A program made the position numbers and the translations under genes. Of a stretch of 64,000 bases of DNA, positions 16,765-26,579 are shown in pieces (the stretch's first letter is position 1; every line of letters begins with the position of its first letter). Below the pieces are notes generated by a model, which saw only the letters and a program-made list of their open reading frames with translations, was not told the origin of the DNA and did not search any database. The DNA is from a virus (Duplodnaviria > Heunggongvirae > Uroviricota > Caudoviricetes), in IMG/VR virus record IMGVR_UViG_3300027798_000013. One strand, given 5' to 3'.

Positions 16765-19042
16765 ACCAAGCGACAATCTACAAGCAGTATTTGAAAAGGC
16801 TATTGACACAGCTAAGAATCTTAATCACGAATATTTAACAATCGAACATCTTTTGTTTGCTATGCTGTGTGAAGAAGGATTTTCAAATGCTATTCAAGGA
16901 TACGGAAGTGATCCGGAATATATTAAAAAGAATCTCGAGCATTACTTAAAAAATAAATGCGATGAAATTACTGCGGCTGGCCCAGTTGCCAAGCCCAAGA
17001 AAACACAAGTAGTTGAACGTGTACTTAACAAAGCATTTACACAAGTGTTATTCAACGGACGTCAACGCATCGAAAGTACAGACGTATTCCTTGCCATGAT
17101 GAGCGAAAAACGCTCGTGGGCACACTTTTACATTCAACAAGCAGAAATTGACAAAGACAAATTTGCTGACTATATTAACAACAACTTAGAAGGCGGCGAA
17201 GAAGAAGAGATGGATCAAAGTGATGTACAAGGCAATAAAGCCCTTAAAGCCTTTACAACTAATCTTAACGAACTGGTCAAGAAAGGTAAGATTGATCCAG
17301 TAATTGGCCGCGTGGACGAATTAGAAAACATTGCGTTGAGCATGGGTCGACGCAGTAAAAACAACGTGATCCTTGTGGGCGATCCTGGTGTGGGTAAGAC
17401 TGCTATTGCAGAAGGGCTTGCTTTTAACATTGTCAAGGGTGCAGTTCCAGACTTCTTAAAAGAATATCAAGTGTTCAATTTGGATATCAGTGCAATGTTA
17501 GCCGGTAGTAAATATCGCGGAGACTTTGAAGAACGTTTTAAATTAGTACTCAAGGGTTTAGCTAAAAAAGGCAAGACAATTTTGTTTATTGACGAAGCGC
17601 ACATGATCAGTGGTGCCGGGTCAGCAAGCAACAGTGCTAACGATTTGAGCAACATGATGAAGCCAGCACTGAGCAAAGGCACTATTAAAGTTATTGCTTC
17701 AACTACATGGGAAGAATATCGCAAGCACTTTGAAAAGGATCGTGCGTTGATGCGCAGATTTCAACGCATCACTGTGGACGAGCCCACTGTGGAAGTCACA
17801 ATGCAAATTCTCAAAGGTATTAAGAAATATTACGAAGAGCATCACAAAGTTAAAATTAAAGATGACGCTTTACAAGAAGCAATCAAGCTGAGTGTGAAAT
17901 ATCAAGCAGACAAAAAATTGCCGGACAAAGCCATTGACTTGATTGATGTAGCTTGCTCACGTTTTAATTTAAAAATGCCGGACAGCGAACGGGTGGTCAA
18001 TTCCGAAGGCATACGTTTTGAACTTGCCAAGATGGTTCAAATTCCGGAAGAAGTTGTGGCTGAACAAGAAAGCGAAGGACTTGTTAATTTACAAGGACAT
18101 CTTGCAAAAGAAGTGTACGGACAAGACACTGCACTACAAGAAATTGTTGATAAGATTATAGTTGCACAGGCAGGACTTAAATCAGAAAACAAACCTGTTG
18201 GATCATTTGTGTTCATGGGCCCGACTGGCACAGGTAAAACTGAAACAGCCAAGAGTCTGGCTAAACACCTAGGCACTAAGTTGTTGCGTTTTGACATGAG
18301 TGAGTATCAGGAAAAACACAGTATCAGCAAGCTAATTGGTAGCCCTCCAGGTTATGTTGGCTTTGAAGAAAATTCAGGATTGTTGATTACGCAGATTCAA
18401 GAAAGTCCCAATGCTGTATTGTTGTTTGATGAAATTGAAAAGTCACATCCGGATGTAGCCACAGTATTGCTACAAATAATGGATAATGGTTTTATTACTG
18501 GATCAAATGGTAAGCAAGCAGACTGTCGTCAACTTATTCTTATTTTGACAACAAACGCTGGTGCTCAAAGTGCTGAAAAGAATGCCATTGGTTTTGGCGC
18601 ACAGGAAAAAGACTACAGCGATGTAGACTTGAAGAAGTTCTTAACACCAGAGTTCCGTAATCGTTTAGACGGTATTATTGCATTCAAGAAACTTGGCAAG
18701 CCAGTTATGGTCAAGATCGTTAACAAGTTCATTGACGAGATGCGTGATCAAGTCAAAGAAAAGGGTATCCGTATTAAAATCAATAACGAAGCAGTTGATT
18801 GGCTAATTGAAAAAGGCTTTGACAGCAAGATGGGTGCTCGTCCACTGCAACGTACTATTGATAAGGAAATCAAACGTGACCTTGCTAAGATGATGTTGTT
18901 TGGAGAACTTAAAAACGGCGGCTGGCTACATATCAGTGTTGAGGAAGGTAAAATCTTGCTTACTGCTAAAGTTAAAACTCCAAAACTACCATTAGTAGTA
19001 AGCGATGCTGAAACAGTTACTATAACACAGAATGAAGTATAA
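16757..19042 (+). CDS. clpA: ATP-dependent Clp protease ATPase subunit ClpA
   Basis: Clp N-domain (HEYLTIEHLL), GDPGVGKT, GSKYRGDFEER, GPTGTGKT, LIGSPPGYVGFE, ClpP-docking IGF loop. Confidence 0.95.
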   Translation: MVEPSDNLQAVFEKAIDTAKNLNHEYLTIEHLLFAMLCEEGFSNAIQGYGSDPEYIKKNLEHYLKNKCDEITAAGPVAKPKKTQVVERVLNKAFTQVLFNGRQRIESTDVFLAMMSEKRSWAHFYIQQAEIDKDKFADYINNNLEGGEEEEMDQSDVQGNKALKAFTTNLNELVKKGKIDPVIGRVDELENIALSMGRRSKNNVILVGDPGVGKTAIAEGLAFNIVKGAVPDFLKEYQVFNLDISAMLAGSKYRGDFEERFKLVLKGLAKKGKTILFIDEAHMISGAGSASNSANDLSNMMKPALSKGTIKVIASTTWEEYRKHFEKDRALMRRFQRITVDEPTVEVTMQILKGIKKYYEEHHKVKIKDDALQEAIKLSVKYQADKKLPDKAIDLIDVACSRFNLKMPDSERVVNSEGIRFELAKMVQIPEEVVAEQESEGLVNLQGHLAKEVYGQDTALQEIVDKIIVAQAGLKSENKPVGSFVFMGPTGTGKTETAKSLAKHLGTKLLRFDMSEYQEKHSISKLIGSPPGYVGFEENSGLLITQIQESPNAVLLFDEIEKSHPDVATVLLQIMDNGFITGSNGKQADCRQLILILTTNAGAQSAEKNAIGFGAQEKDYSDVDLKKFLTPEFRNRLDGIIAFKKLGKPVMVKIVNKFIDEMRDQVKEKGIRIKINNEAVDWLIEKGFDSKMGARPLQRTIDKEIKRDLAKMMLFGELKNGGWLHISVEEGKILLTAKVKTPKLPLVVSDAETVTITQNEV

Positions 19043-19670
19043 AGAGACCCGTAGTTTATTTTTAGGAAAATACCAGTACAAAATTGCACTGATATGTTCC
19101 AGTGCTACCTTGTTCAGGGGAGGCGATATTGACAATGCCATTATGGAGTTGGCAAAAATTGATGTCAAGTACCCTGAACATTTTTCCTATTGGGCCAGTC
19201 GAATCAAATCCACAGAAGATTTAGAATATGTGAGATCATTATGCAGTGATTTTAAAAAGATTACAGATTATGATTTGCGTGTGGAACAACCCATTATTAA
19301 CATTTACACTAACGATATCAAGTCAGTTAAGTTATTTGAAAAGAAATATACCGATACTATTAAGTTTATTAGTAAGCCGTCTGCGAATGGTGTGTTAACT
19401 AGCGATACTATCATCATGAATAAGATGAACTTTGAATATCGTATTACCATGGGTGCGACCAAGCAGGAATACAGCAGTTTTGTCGAATGGGCTGAAAATA
19501 ATGCTAAAATCAAGCTGACTAAGAGCTGTACACGAGATTTAAACCGTGGCAGAAGTTGGGGTGGTACGCACTTCTATGTCACAGGCGACAACAACTTACT
19601 CATGACTAAGATGCATTTAGGCGGTACTATAAGCAAAGTACAGCGTATTATACACCAGCCTGAAGTATAA
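19032..19670 (+). CDS. Hypothetical protein
   Basis: Long ORF overlapping the clpA end. Confidence 0.75.
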   Translation: MKYKETRSLFLGKYQYKIALICSSATLFRGGDIDNAIMELAKIDVKYPEHFSYWASRIKSTEDLEYVRSLCSDFKKITDYDLRVEQPIINIYTNDIKSVKLFEKKYTDTIKFISKPSANGVLTSDTIIMNKMNFEYRITMGATKQEYSSFVEWAENNAKIKLTKSCTRDLNRGRSWGGTHFYVTGDNNLLMTKMHLGGTISKVQRIIHQPEV

Positions 19671-19691
19671 AAGTCATTTTGTGTATTACGA

Positions 19692-19727
19692 TAAATACTC
19701 TAACTGCACCAGTTAGGGTATTTTTTT
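19692..19727 (+). terminator. Intrinsic terminator overlapped by a TAAATA motif
   Basis: ATACTCTAACT-GCACC-AGTTAGGGTAT plus T-run; TAAATA at 19692-19697 overlaps the 5' arm. Confidence 0.75.
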
Positions 19728-19744
19728 GATAAACGGGCCAATAT

Positions 19745-20107
19745 ATGCGTATAAATGAACTCTGCGAAAGCATCGATTTAGAATTAGAGAAAAATGGTAA
19801 CAAACACGGATTAGATTTCGATCTTAAGGATGACTTGTTATTCTATATGACTCACAACGATAGTGCATATCGCCGCCATACCTACCCAGCAATTATGGAT
19901 TGCAGTGATATGCTAGAATCAGGTAAGCAGACCAATCCTGCATTATTTAAAAATGCTGTGGAACAAGCATATAACTCATACTGTAACGAATTTCAAATAC
20001 GCGAACTTCCAGACGATATAGATCAGGAACTGTTAGACGAAGTATGTAAGCATATACACGAAGATGAGTGTGAAAAGATCAAAGACGGTCATTACAAGAG
20101 AAAATAA
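19745..20107 (+). CDS. Hypothetical protein, possible internal head protein
   Basis: N-terminus MRINELCES. Confidence 0.7.
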   Translation: MRINELCESIDLELEKNGNKHGLDFDLKDDLLFYMTHNDSAYRRHTYPAIMDCSDMLESGKQTNPALFKNAVEQAYNSYCNEFQIRELPDDIDQELLDEVCKHIHEDECEKIKDGHYKRK

Positions 20108-21328
20108 GTGTTACTTAGAGAATTATTCATCCGCGAAGATGCAAAGCCTAAAATCCCGCCTATGCTTGGGAGAGCATTTAACCACCCAGAACATTTTGTA
20201 ATCTTCTACGGTGTGAGCGGTATACTAGAAGCATTACAACATTTTGACGAAATCAGTGCCGAACCTCACCAATTAAGATTTAAATGGGACGGCAATCCTC
20301 AAATTTATTGGGGCAGAGAAGTTTCTGGCGGTCCGTTAATATTGGCAGGACACAACGGTTGGGGCAAGGGCGGACGTAACACTGGTACAACAATGGACGA
20401 CTTTACTAGTCCCGAAGCTGTTAAGAATTTTATTCTTAACAAAAGCGGTGAAGGTGCAAAAGGGCAAGAAATAACTCCCGAACGTCAACGCTTTGCAGAA
20501 GAATTTGCAAATTTGTATCCTACGTTTGATGCGGCTACTCCTAAAGACTTTGTGGGGTTTGTATATGCTGATGCAATCTTTATGCCTGCTACTAAACCCA
20601 AGATGGACAAAAGTGGTACATACAATATGCATCCTAACCCGCATAGTGCAACTGAATATCATGTTAGTAAAGACAGCGAACTGGGTAAACGTATAGCAGG
20701 TGCAAACCTTATGATAGCCGCGCATGGCACATTTGATACATTTGGTGCACCAGATGCTGAACAAAAACCCAAAGATGATTTTAGTGAGTTTAACGACACA
20801 CCTAAATTGATTGTGTTAAACCCTATTTACAACGATACTGCTCCTAATATTGACAAATCAAAATCCAGCAGTCTTACTAGTGCAAATGCAGAACTAGGTG
20901 AAACACAAAGCTGGTTAGAAAAGAATAGTAATAAAATTGATACATTTGTTGGAAGCGTTTCACATACAGATAAGAATGGTATTTTTTATCCGTTCCTAAA
21001 TCAAAAAAATGCAGGCGGAACATTTGATTCAATAAATGCAAAAGTATTTTTTGATTGGATGGCTGAAGCACAAGCCAACGGTAAGCCACGTGTATCTTTG
21101 CCTAAGCAACAGGTGATATATCAACTGGAACAACAGACTGGTGCTTTGGACGAAGTATTCCATGCTATGAAAGTTATTCGTGATATCAAACACGAAATAT
21201 ACGAAATTGCAAACAACACCCATACTGCTGATGTGTGGGCAACTAATAGCGAAGGGTATGTTCGTTACGCACAAGATGGTCACAAACACGGTAATATGAA
21301 AATCGTTGCACCAGGGTGGAAAAATTGA
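20108..21328 (+). CDS. DUF6267-like protein with KWDG motif (ligase-fold candidate)
   Basis: GTG start, MLLRELFIRE; LRFKWDGNPQIYWG resembles the T4-like cyanophage KWDG family. Confidence 0.55.
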   Translation: MLLRELFIREDAKPKIPPMLGRAFNHPEHFVIFYGVSGILEALQHFDEISAEPHQLRFKWDGNPQIYWGREVSGGPLILAGHNGWGKGGRNTGTTMDDFTSPEAVKNFILNKSGEGAKGQEITPERQRFAEEFANLYPTFDAATPKDFVGFVYADAIFMPATKPKMDKSGTYNMHPNPHSATEYHVSKDSELGKRIAGANLMIAAHGTFDTFGAPDAEQKPKDDFSEFNDTPKLIVLNPIYNDTAPNIDKSKSSSLTSANAELGETQSWLEKNSNKIDTFVGSVSHTDKNGIFYPFLNQKNAGGTFDSINAKVFFDWMAEAQANGKPRVSLPKQQVIYQLEQQTGALDEVFHAMKVIRDIKHEIYEIANNTHTADVWATNSEGYVRYAQDGHKHGNMKIVAPGWKN

Positions 21329-23169
21329 AAACATATCACTTAACAGAATCTGAACAAGATCAAGCGGCCATTATATTTGGAAGATTTAATCCTCCGCACT
21401 TTGGCCACAAAGCCGCGTGGGACATTGCGGCTGGTTTTCCTATATGGTACGTGGGTACAAATCAAAGTACACAAGGTCCTAAAGATCCTCTTCCATTTGA
21501 CATTAAAATGGAAGCTATGAAAACGTTCATGCCCGAGTTAGAGGATCATTTAGTGGCGGAACAAAGTTGGTTTACTCTAGCATCAATGGTTTACAAGCAA
21601 CACGGTGCTGTTACATTGCACATCGTTACAGATGCAAATGATGCAAAAATATTTGTGCCTGCGTTACAAAAACAAAACGGGCTAGAAGGACCTCATGGAT
21701 TTTATAAATTTAACGATATCGTTTGGTCTGAAGCAGAAAGAAAAAGCGAAGCAAGCAAGGTTAGACAAGCAATCAAAGATAATAATCCACAAGACTTTGA
21801 AACATATTCAGGAGTATCTGTTAATACAGAAGTAGCAGGTCATCCTTATTTCAATTTAGTAAGACATTACATGATGCCTTATATGCAAGCTGAAATGGAT
21901 AAAGAAAAGCAAAAGGCTGAAAGAGAAAAGCAAAAAGCTGAAAAAGAACAACAAAAAGCAGAGAAAGCCGCTATGAAACAAAACAAAACAAAAGGGCCTG
22001 CGCAAGAATTAGCAGAAAGCAATTTAAAAGAATTATCTACTGAATTATTAGGCAAGTATAAAAAAGCCGCTGGAGCTGATGCCAAAAAAGCAGATGCAGA
22101 AGGTGACTATGCTCGCGGCGACAAGCGTTTCAAAGGCATTAATAAAGCTACCAATAAACAGTTTGACAACGATCTCAAAAAGCACGGACAGCAAAGTGTG
22201 GTAAAAGGCAAAATAGACGAAGGTGTTAATGATCCTCACATTTTCAAATGTATATTATTATTTGGCCCAATGGGTGCAGGCAAAAGCACAATTGCTAGAC
22301 CGCTGTTAACACATACCGGTTTGCGTAGTGTAAACCTAGATAATTTCAACGAAATGTTTATTAAAAAAGGTGAAGTACCAACTGGACACTTGGCGCCGGA
22401 TCAACTTGAAAAAAGTTGGCAACTTAGTCAAACTCAACAAGGAAATTTTATCGATGGCAGGCTAGGTATTATTGTTGACGGATCCGGCAGAAACCCCGAT
22501 ACAGCGATAGGTGTAATTGAAAAACTACAGCCGCTGGGTTATGAATTCATGATGATATTTGTAAATGTCAGTGAAGCCACTAGCATAGCCCGTCAACAGT
22601 CAAGAGCAGACAAGCAACAGCAACAATGGGGAGTGGGTCGTCAAGTGGATGCCACTCTAGCTAAAGATACGTACTCACAGGTTCAAAAAAATCTTGAAAA
22701 GTACTCAGCCTATTTTGGACCTAAGCACTTTGTCTATGTTGACAACGAGAACACGCCAGATCTGTCACAGGCAACAAAAAAAGTTGACGCATTTTTAAGA
22801 GAGTCTACTACTCAACCAGAAGCACTTGAGTGGATAAAAACACAAAAAGGCGGCGAACAAGTTGCACAAAAACAGCGAAAATTAGCCACAGCACAGGATA
22901 GTCAGAACAACGCACTGAAACAATATAATCCATTAAATCCAAAATTTTGGAAAACTGATAGCCAAGGGAAAAAGCAGTTTACTGACCCGAGTCAGCAAGA
23001 TATAGCAGAAGTAAAACAACGGTTGGACCCAAAATGCTGGAAGGGCAAACACAAGGAAGGTACCAAGATCAAAGGCGGCATTCGTGTGAACAACTGTGTG
23101 CCCAACGAAGGTCGTGCAAGCATAGGTTACGTGCTTGAGGAAATCTGGCAACAGAGATTCAATAAATAA
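21316..23169 (+). CDS. Multidomain protein: HxGH cytidylyltransferase-like domain plus P-loop kinase (AAA_33/zeta-like) domain
   Basis: IIFGRFNPPHFGH; GPMGAGKST...IIVDG; C-terminal CWKG...RVNNCVP motif. Confidence 0.7.
   Translation: MEKLKTYHLTESEQDQAAIIFGRFNPPHFGHKAAWDIAAGFPIWYVGTNQSTQGPKDPLPFDIKMEAMKTFMPELEDHLVAEQSWFTLASMVYKQHGAVTLHIVTDANDAKIFVPALQKQNGLEGPHGFYKFNDIVWSEAERKSEASKVRQAIKDNNPQDFETYSGVSVNTEVAGHPYFNLVRHYMMPYMQAEMDKEKQKAEREKQKAEKEQQKAEKAAMKQNKTKGPAQELAESNLKELSTELLGKYKKAAGADAKKADAEGDYARGDKRFKGINKATNKQFDNDLKKHGQQSVVKGKIDEGVNDPHIFKCILLFGPMGAGKSTIARPLLTHTGLRSVNLDNFNEMFIKKGEVPTGHLAPDQLEKSWQLSQTQQGNFIDGRLGIIVDGSGRNPDTAIGVIEKLQPLGYEFMMIFVNVSEATSIARQQSRADKQQQQWGVGRQVDATLAKDTYSQVQKNLEKYSAYFGPKHFVYVDNENTPDLSQATKKVDAFLRESTTQPEALEWIKTQKGGEQVAQKQRKLATAQDSQNNALKQYNPLNPKFWKTDSQGKKQFTDPSQQDIAEVKQRLDPKCWKGKHKEGTKIKGGIRVNNCVPNEGRASIGYVLEEIWQQRFNK
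21901..21966 (+). repeat. Degenerate 21-nt repeat encoding EKQKAER/EKQKAEK/EQQKAEK heptads
   Basis: Visible in DNA and protein. Confidence 0.55.
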
Positions 23170-23477
23170 TGAAACAGTATAGAATAACTTCACAAGATCT
23201 AAATCAAGATAGTCCTGACGATTGCTATCTTGCACCCAACGATCCTATACAGGAATTAAAGATCTTATCGGGCATGGGTGGTTTAGGTGGAGAAGCTAGA
23301 CTGCACGAATATCGTGCTGGCCAAGGTAGCAATATCAGTGTAACTGGCAGTAGCAAAGGAGAACTGATGCGTAAAAACAATATCCAACCCGGAACTCCAG
23401 AATGGTTTAAATTATGGTTTAGTTTGCCTTATATGACAGGTGAACAACCAGTGGGAAACGACAATGAGAGCAACTGA
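23169..23477 (+). CDS. Hypothetical protein
   Basis: ORF overlapping the upstream stop. Confidence 0.7.
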   Translation: MKQYRITSQDLNQDSPDDCYLAPNDPIQELKILSGMGGLGGEARLHEYRAGQGSNISVTGSSKGELMRKNNIQPGTPEWFKLWFSLPYMTGEQPVGNDNESN

Positions 23478-23811
23478 ATTCATTACAGAAAAAACAAACA
23501 CGCTTGGTAAATCTGAACGTCTGGCTGGGCCTTATGCTAAACGATATGATGATATGGACACATATTATGACATGTATCGCTTGGGTATTGCTATTGCTGG
23601 TGGCGGAAATGCGGATGCTGAAGGCCCTGCAAGAGCAAGTCCAACTGTTTGGATTACCAACAGTGTTGAGGAAGACAAAGTTAAAACTGCTGAAAAAACA
23701 CTTGGTCAGAAAGGCACAGTAATTGTACCAAAAGGACCCAGCGAAGAATTACGCAGTACCAGTACTGTTAGCCCAGTGGCTAGTGTTAAAAAGAATCAGT
23801 ACGGCATATGA
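23464..23811 (+). CDS. Probable internal head protein
   Basis: Start reassigned to ATG 23464: MRATEFITE, similar to the T4 capsid-targeting sequence MKTYQEFIAE. Confidence 0.65.
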   Translation: MRATEFITEKTNTLGKSERLAGPYAKRYDDMDTYYDMYRLGIAIAGGGNADAEGPARASPTVWITNSVEEDKVKTAEKTLGQKGTVIVPKGPSEELRSTSTVSPVASVKKNQYGI

Positions 23812-24068
23812 GATTAAGAGAAATCATATCAGAAACCGCCACAGCCGGCGCCACAAGTGCGGCTAATATTGGTACTGTGGTAAGCCCACATCTTGCTATT
23901 GGTAAGAATCTCGGTAAAAAGAGTTATACAGGAAGTCCAGGAAAGTCCGGTACAAAGGCTCCTAAACCTCCCAAAATTGTTCAGAAAAAGAAAAAAGACG
24001 GTACAGCTACAAACGCTCTTGACATGAAGGGCAACATCTTCGGCGGCGGCTCAGCCATCAAAAGATAA
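23808..24068 (+). CDS. Probable internal head protein (basic)
   Basis: MRLREIISE N-terminus; Lys-rich. Confidence 0.65.
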   Translation: MRLREIISETATAGATSAANIGTVVSPHLAIGKNLGKKSYTGSPGKSGTKAPKPPKIVQKKKKDGTATNALDMKGNIFGGGSAIKR

Positions 24069-24071
24069 ATA
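24066..24071 (+). promoter_or_regulatory. Late-promoter-like TAAATA motif
   Basis: 29 nt before ATG 24095. Confidence 0.5.
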
Positions 24072-24094
24072 TTACAAGTTAACGGAGTCCTAAC

Positions 24095-25240
24095 ATGGCC
24101 AAACAAGATCTATATAAAACAGCGCAACAAAGTGCAAAACTATTCAAATTAATTCAAGACGAACAGCTATTAGAAAGCTGGGTCAAGAACAAAATTATCA
24201 GTGCCGCAGAAGATATTTCCACGGTATATCAGTACTTGAACTATGAAAAACAGTTTCAAGACTACAGCCGAATGATTGCTGAAAGTACTGATCTAAGCGA
24301 AAGCAAACGTGCTGTGTTAACCAGCAAACTTGCAGAAGCCAAAGAAAAAGTCAAAGAGCTTAAGAAAAAAGCGGCCAAAGAAAAGTCTGAAAAGATGGAC
24401 GAGGATACCACCAAAAGTACAAAAACTCAGCACGGAACAGCTACAGCCACATTTGATGATGACGGCAAGCGTAAGAGTGTAAAGCATACAGACGAGCGCA
24501 AATACTCCGACGGTGGCGATGATATGGATACCGATGCTAAATCAGGCAAAGGTAGCGGAAGTCATGCTAAAGCAGAAACAGCGGCACAGAAAAAAGAAAA
24601 AGCTCCAGCGCAAAAGCAAAGTCCTAAGAGTGCTAAGACATGGGGAATGAAAAACAGCGAGAAATTTGACAATCGTGATAAAGTAGACGAAGCCAAAGAT
24701 GAAAAGTGCAATCATTCTGCTAAGGGTAAAAAATGTCCAGTGCATGGTCTGAAAGAATGTGGCGGTGGCATGTACGAAGCCAAGAAGACAATGAGTCGTG
24801 CGGCCAAGGGTCATGAAAAGTACGGCAAAGAAGGTATGGCCGCATTGGCTAAAGCTGGTAAGGAAGGCAAAAGTCTAGAGCCAATCAAAGCCAAATACAA
24901 CAAGTACGACGAAGGTGCTATGCCAATGAAGAAAGTTGGTGGCAAGAGTGTGCCAGCATTTGCGGCAGACGGTAAAGGTAAAGATGATTTAGCAAAGAAG
25001 AAAGCATCTAGCAAAGTCAAAGAAGCCATTGCCCGTGCTAAAGATGTATTAGAAGGCAAAGGCAAAAAGAAAGATAAGATGGACACGGAAGGTAGTGCAT
25101 TTGGCCTGGCGGTAGTCAATGCTAAAAAAGATGGCATCCAGAAAGGTGAAAAGATTAAAGTAGGCAACAAAGAAATTCCATTGAAAGAGTCTACAGAGCT
25201 AGATCGTTTAAAAGCGTTAACACAACGTCTAAACGGATAA
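24095..25240 (+). CDS. Lys/Glu-rich modular hypothetical protein
   Basis: Short modules separated by xxE-[S/G/A] sites (LSES, VDEA, MYEA, YDEG, LKES). Confidence 0.75.
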   Translation: MAKQDLYKTAQQSAKLFKLIQDEQLLESWVKNKIISAAEDISTVYQYLNYEKQFQDYSRMIAESTDLSESKRAVLTSKLAEAKEKVKELKKKAAKEKSEKMDEDTTKSTKTQHGTATATFDDDGKRKSVKHTDERKYSDGGDDMDTDAKSGKGSGSHAKAETAAQKKEKAPAQKQSPKSAKTWGMKNSEKFDNRDKVDEAKDEKCNHSAKGKKCPVHGLKECGGGMYEAKKTMSRAAKGHEKYGKEGMAALAKAGKEGKSLEPIKAKYNKYDEGAMPMKKVGGKSVPAFAADGKGKDDLAKKKASSKVKEAIARAKDVLEGKGKKKDKMDTEGSAFGLAVVNAKKDGIQKGEKIKVGNKEIPLKESTELDRLKALTQRLNG

Positions 25241-25244
25241 TACC

Positions 25245-26132
25245 ATGGACATGAAGAAAATTTTACAGGCAATTGATAGCGGTTCTACAAAGCCTGTAGG
25301 AAATTCCAACGACATGAAGAAATTTTTGTCAGTTGTGACAGAAGGTGCTAATACACATAAGGTAGCATTGCCAGTACAAATGGCCATGCAACATTATTCA
25401 ACTCCCGCTGTTGCGCAACCAAGAACTATTAAAGAAGTTAAGAAAACAGCAATGTCCAGTATGTTGTATCAATACTATACAGAAGCTGAACAACAAATAG
25501 CTGAACAAGACACAGCCAAGAAAGAAATTATTAGCGAACAGGCACGCCGTATTGCTGAACGTGTACTTGCAAAAGAAGGCGCACAACAAGCGGCCATTGC
25601 CATTGCTAAGAAAGCATCTGGCAAATACAACAAAGACGGTAAGCGTATCAAAGAATCATTCAATCCAGAATATGATGACGAAGCTGGTATGGCAGATAAC
25701 AATTTAAACACACTGGAACGTGCTGTTGACGGTATCGATGATATTATCAATGCTGGAGACAATTTGCCAGAATGGTGCCAAGAAAAAATCGCAGTTGCTA
25801 AAAGTATGTTAGTCACAGTTTGGGACTACATGAAAAGTGAAGAAAATGGCGAGCAAGGTGTGGCGGAAATGCGTAATCGCAGAGATGCGTATCAACGAGA
25901 TTATGATTCTAGTCAAACAGGTTTTAGTCGTGAACACGATCATCGCGGGCTAGAGCAAGAACTAGCTCACGAAACAAATAACTATGCTGTAAGTATTAAC
26001 GGCAAACAATGGAAAGTGTTTGGTTCACGTCAAGAAGCTAATCGTGTTTCAAATGCCATGGAACGTAAATATCCAGATAAGAAAATTGGAGTACACGCTA
26101 CCGGTGCTCCAGTAAGTGAAGGCGCCAAGTAA
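25245..26132 (+). CDS. Modular hypothetical protein
   Basis: Contains LPEWCQEKIAVAKSMLVTVWDY module; IKES, VAEM, VSEG sites. Confidence 0.75.
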   Translation: MDMKKILQAIDSGSTKPVGNSNDMKKFLSVVTEGANTHKVALPVQMAMQHYSTPAVAQPRTIKEVKKTAMSSMLYQYYTEAEQQIAEQDTAKKEIISEQARRIAERVLAKEGAQQAAIAIAKKASGKYNKDGKRIKESFNPEYDDEAGMADNNLNTLERAVDGIDDIINAGDNLPEWCQEKIAVAKSMLVTVWDYMKSEENGEQGVAEMRNRRDAYQRDYDSSQTGFSREHDHRGLEQELAHETNNYAVSINGKQWKVFGSRQEANRVSNAMERKYPDKKIGVHATGAPVSEGAK

Positions 26133-26578
26133 TGGAAGAATTAATCAAAGCAGTAAAAGTGGCATTTGCCAGCGAGCATGTTTATTATGTCAAAGCTTCA
26201 TCATTTCACTGGAACATAGAAGGTTCAAACTTTCCCCAATATCACGATTTATTAAACAACATATACACAGAAGTGTATACCGCACAAGATCCGTTTGCTG
26301 AAAACATTCGCTATTTGGGATCCTATGCACTTGGCAGTAACAGCGCATTTTTAAAATACAGTGCCATCCAAGAAAGCAACTCAGTACCAGCACCAGAAGC
26401 CATGCTGTCTGAATTGTTGGCAGACAGTGAAAAAATTATTGCTTTTTTAAAAGTAGCATTCGATCTCGCAGAACGCGAACACGAACACGGACTAAGTAAC
26501 TTTATTGCAGATCGTCAAACTGCACATGGCAAACATGCATGGATGCTACGTAGCACTTTGAAGAACACAGGAATTTAA
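26132..26578 (+). CDS. dps: Dps-family ferritin-like DNA-protection protein
   Basis: KASSFHWNIEG..F...H.LL...Y....D..AE.IR; KHAWMLRS. Confidence 0.9.
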   Translation: MEELIKAVKVAFASEHVYYVKASSFHWNIEGSNFPQYHDLLNNIYTEVYTAQDPFAENIRYLGSYALGSNSAFLKYSAIQESNSVPAPEAMLSELLADSEKIIAFLKVAFDLAEREHEHGLSNFIADRQTAHGKHAWMLRSTLKNTGI

Positions 26579-26579
26579 A

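Noticed and set aside
19671-19680. AAGTCATTT after the stop codons at 19670 and 54204
   Set aside because: Only two short AT-rich occurrences; chance cannot be excluded.
23163-23168. TAAATA as a late promoter for ORF 23169
   Set aside because: It abuts the ATG and overlaps the upstream stop region, leaving no room for a leader; likely incidental.
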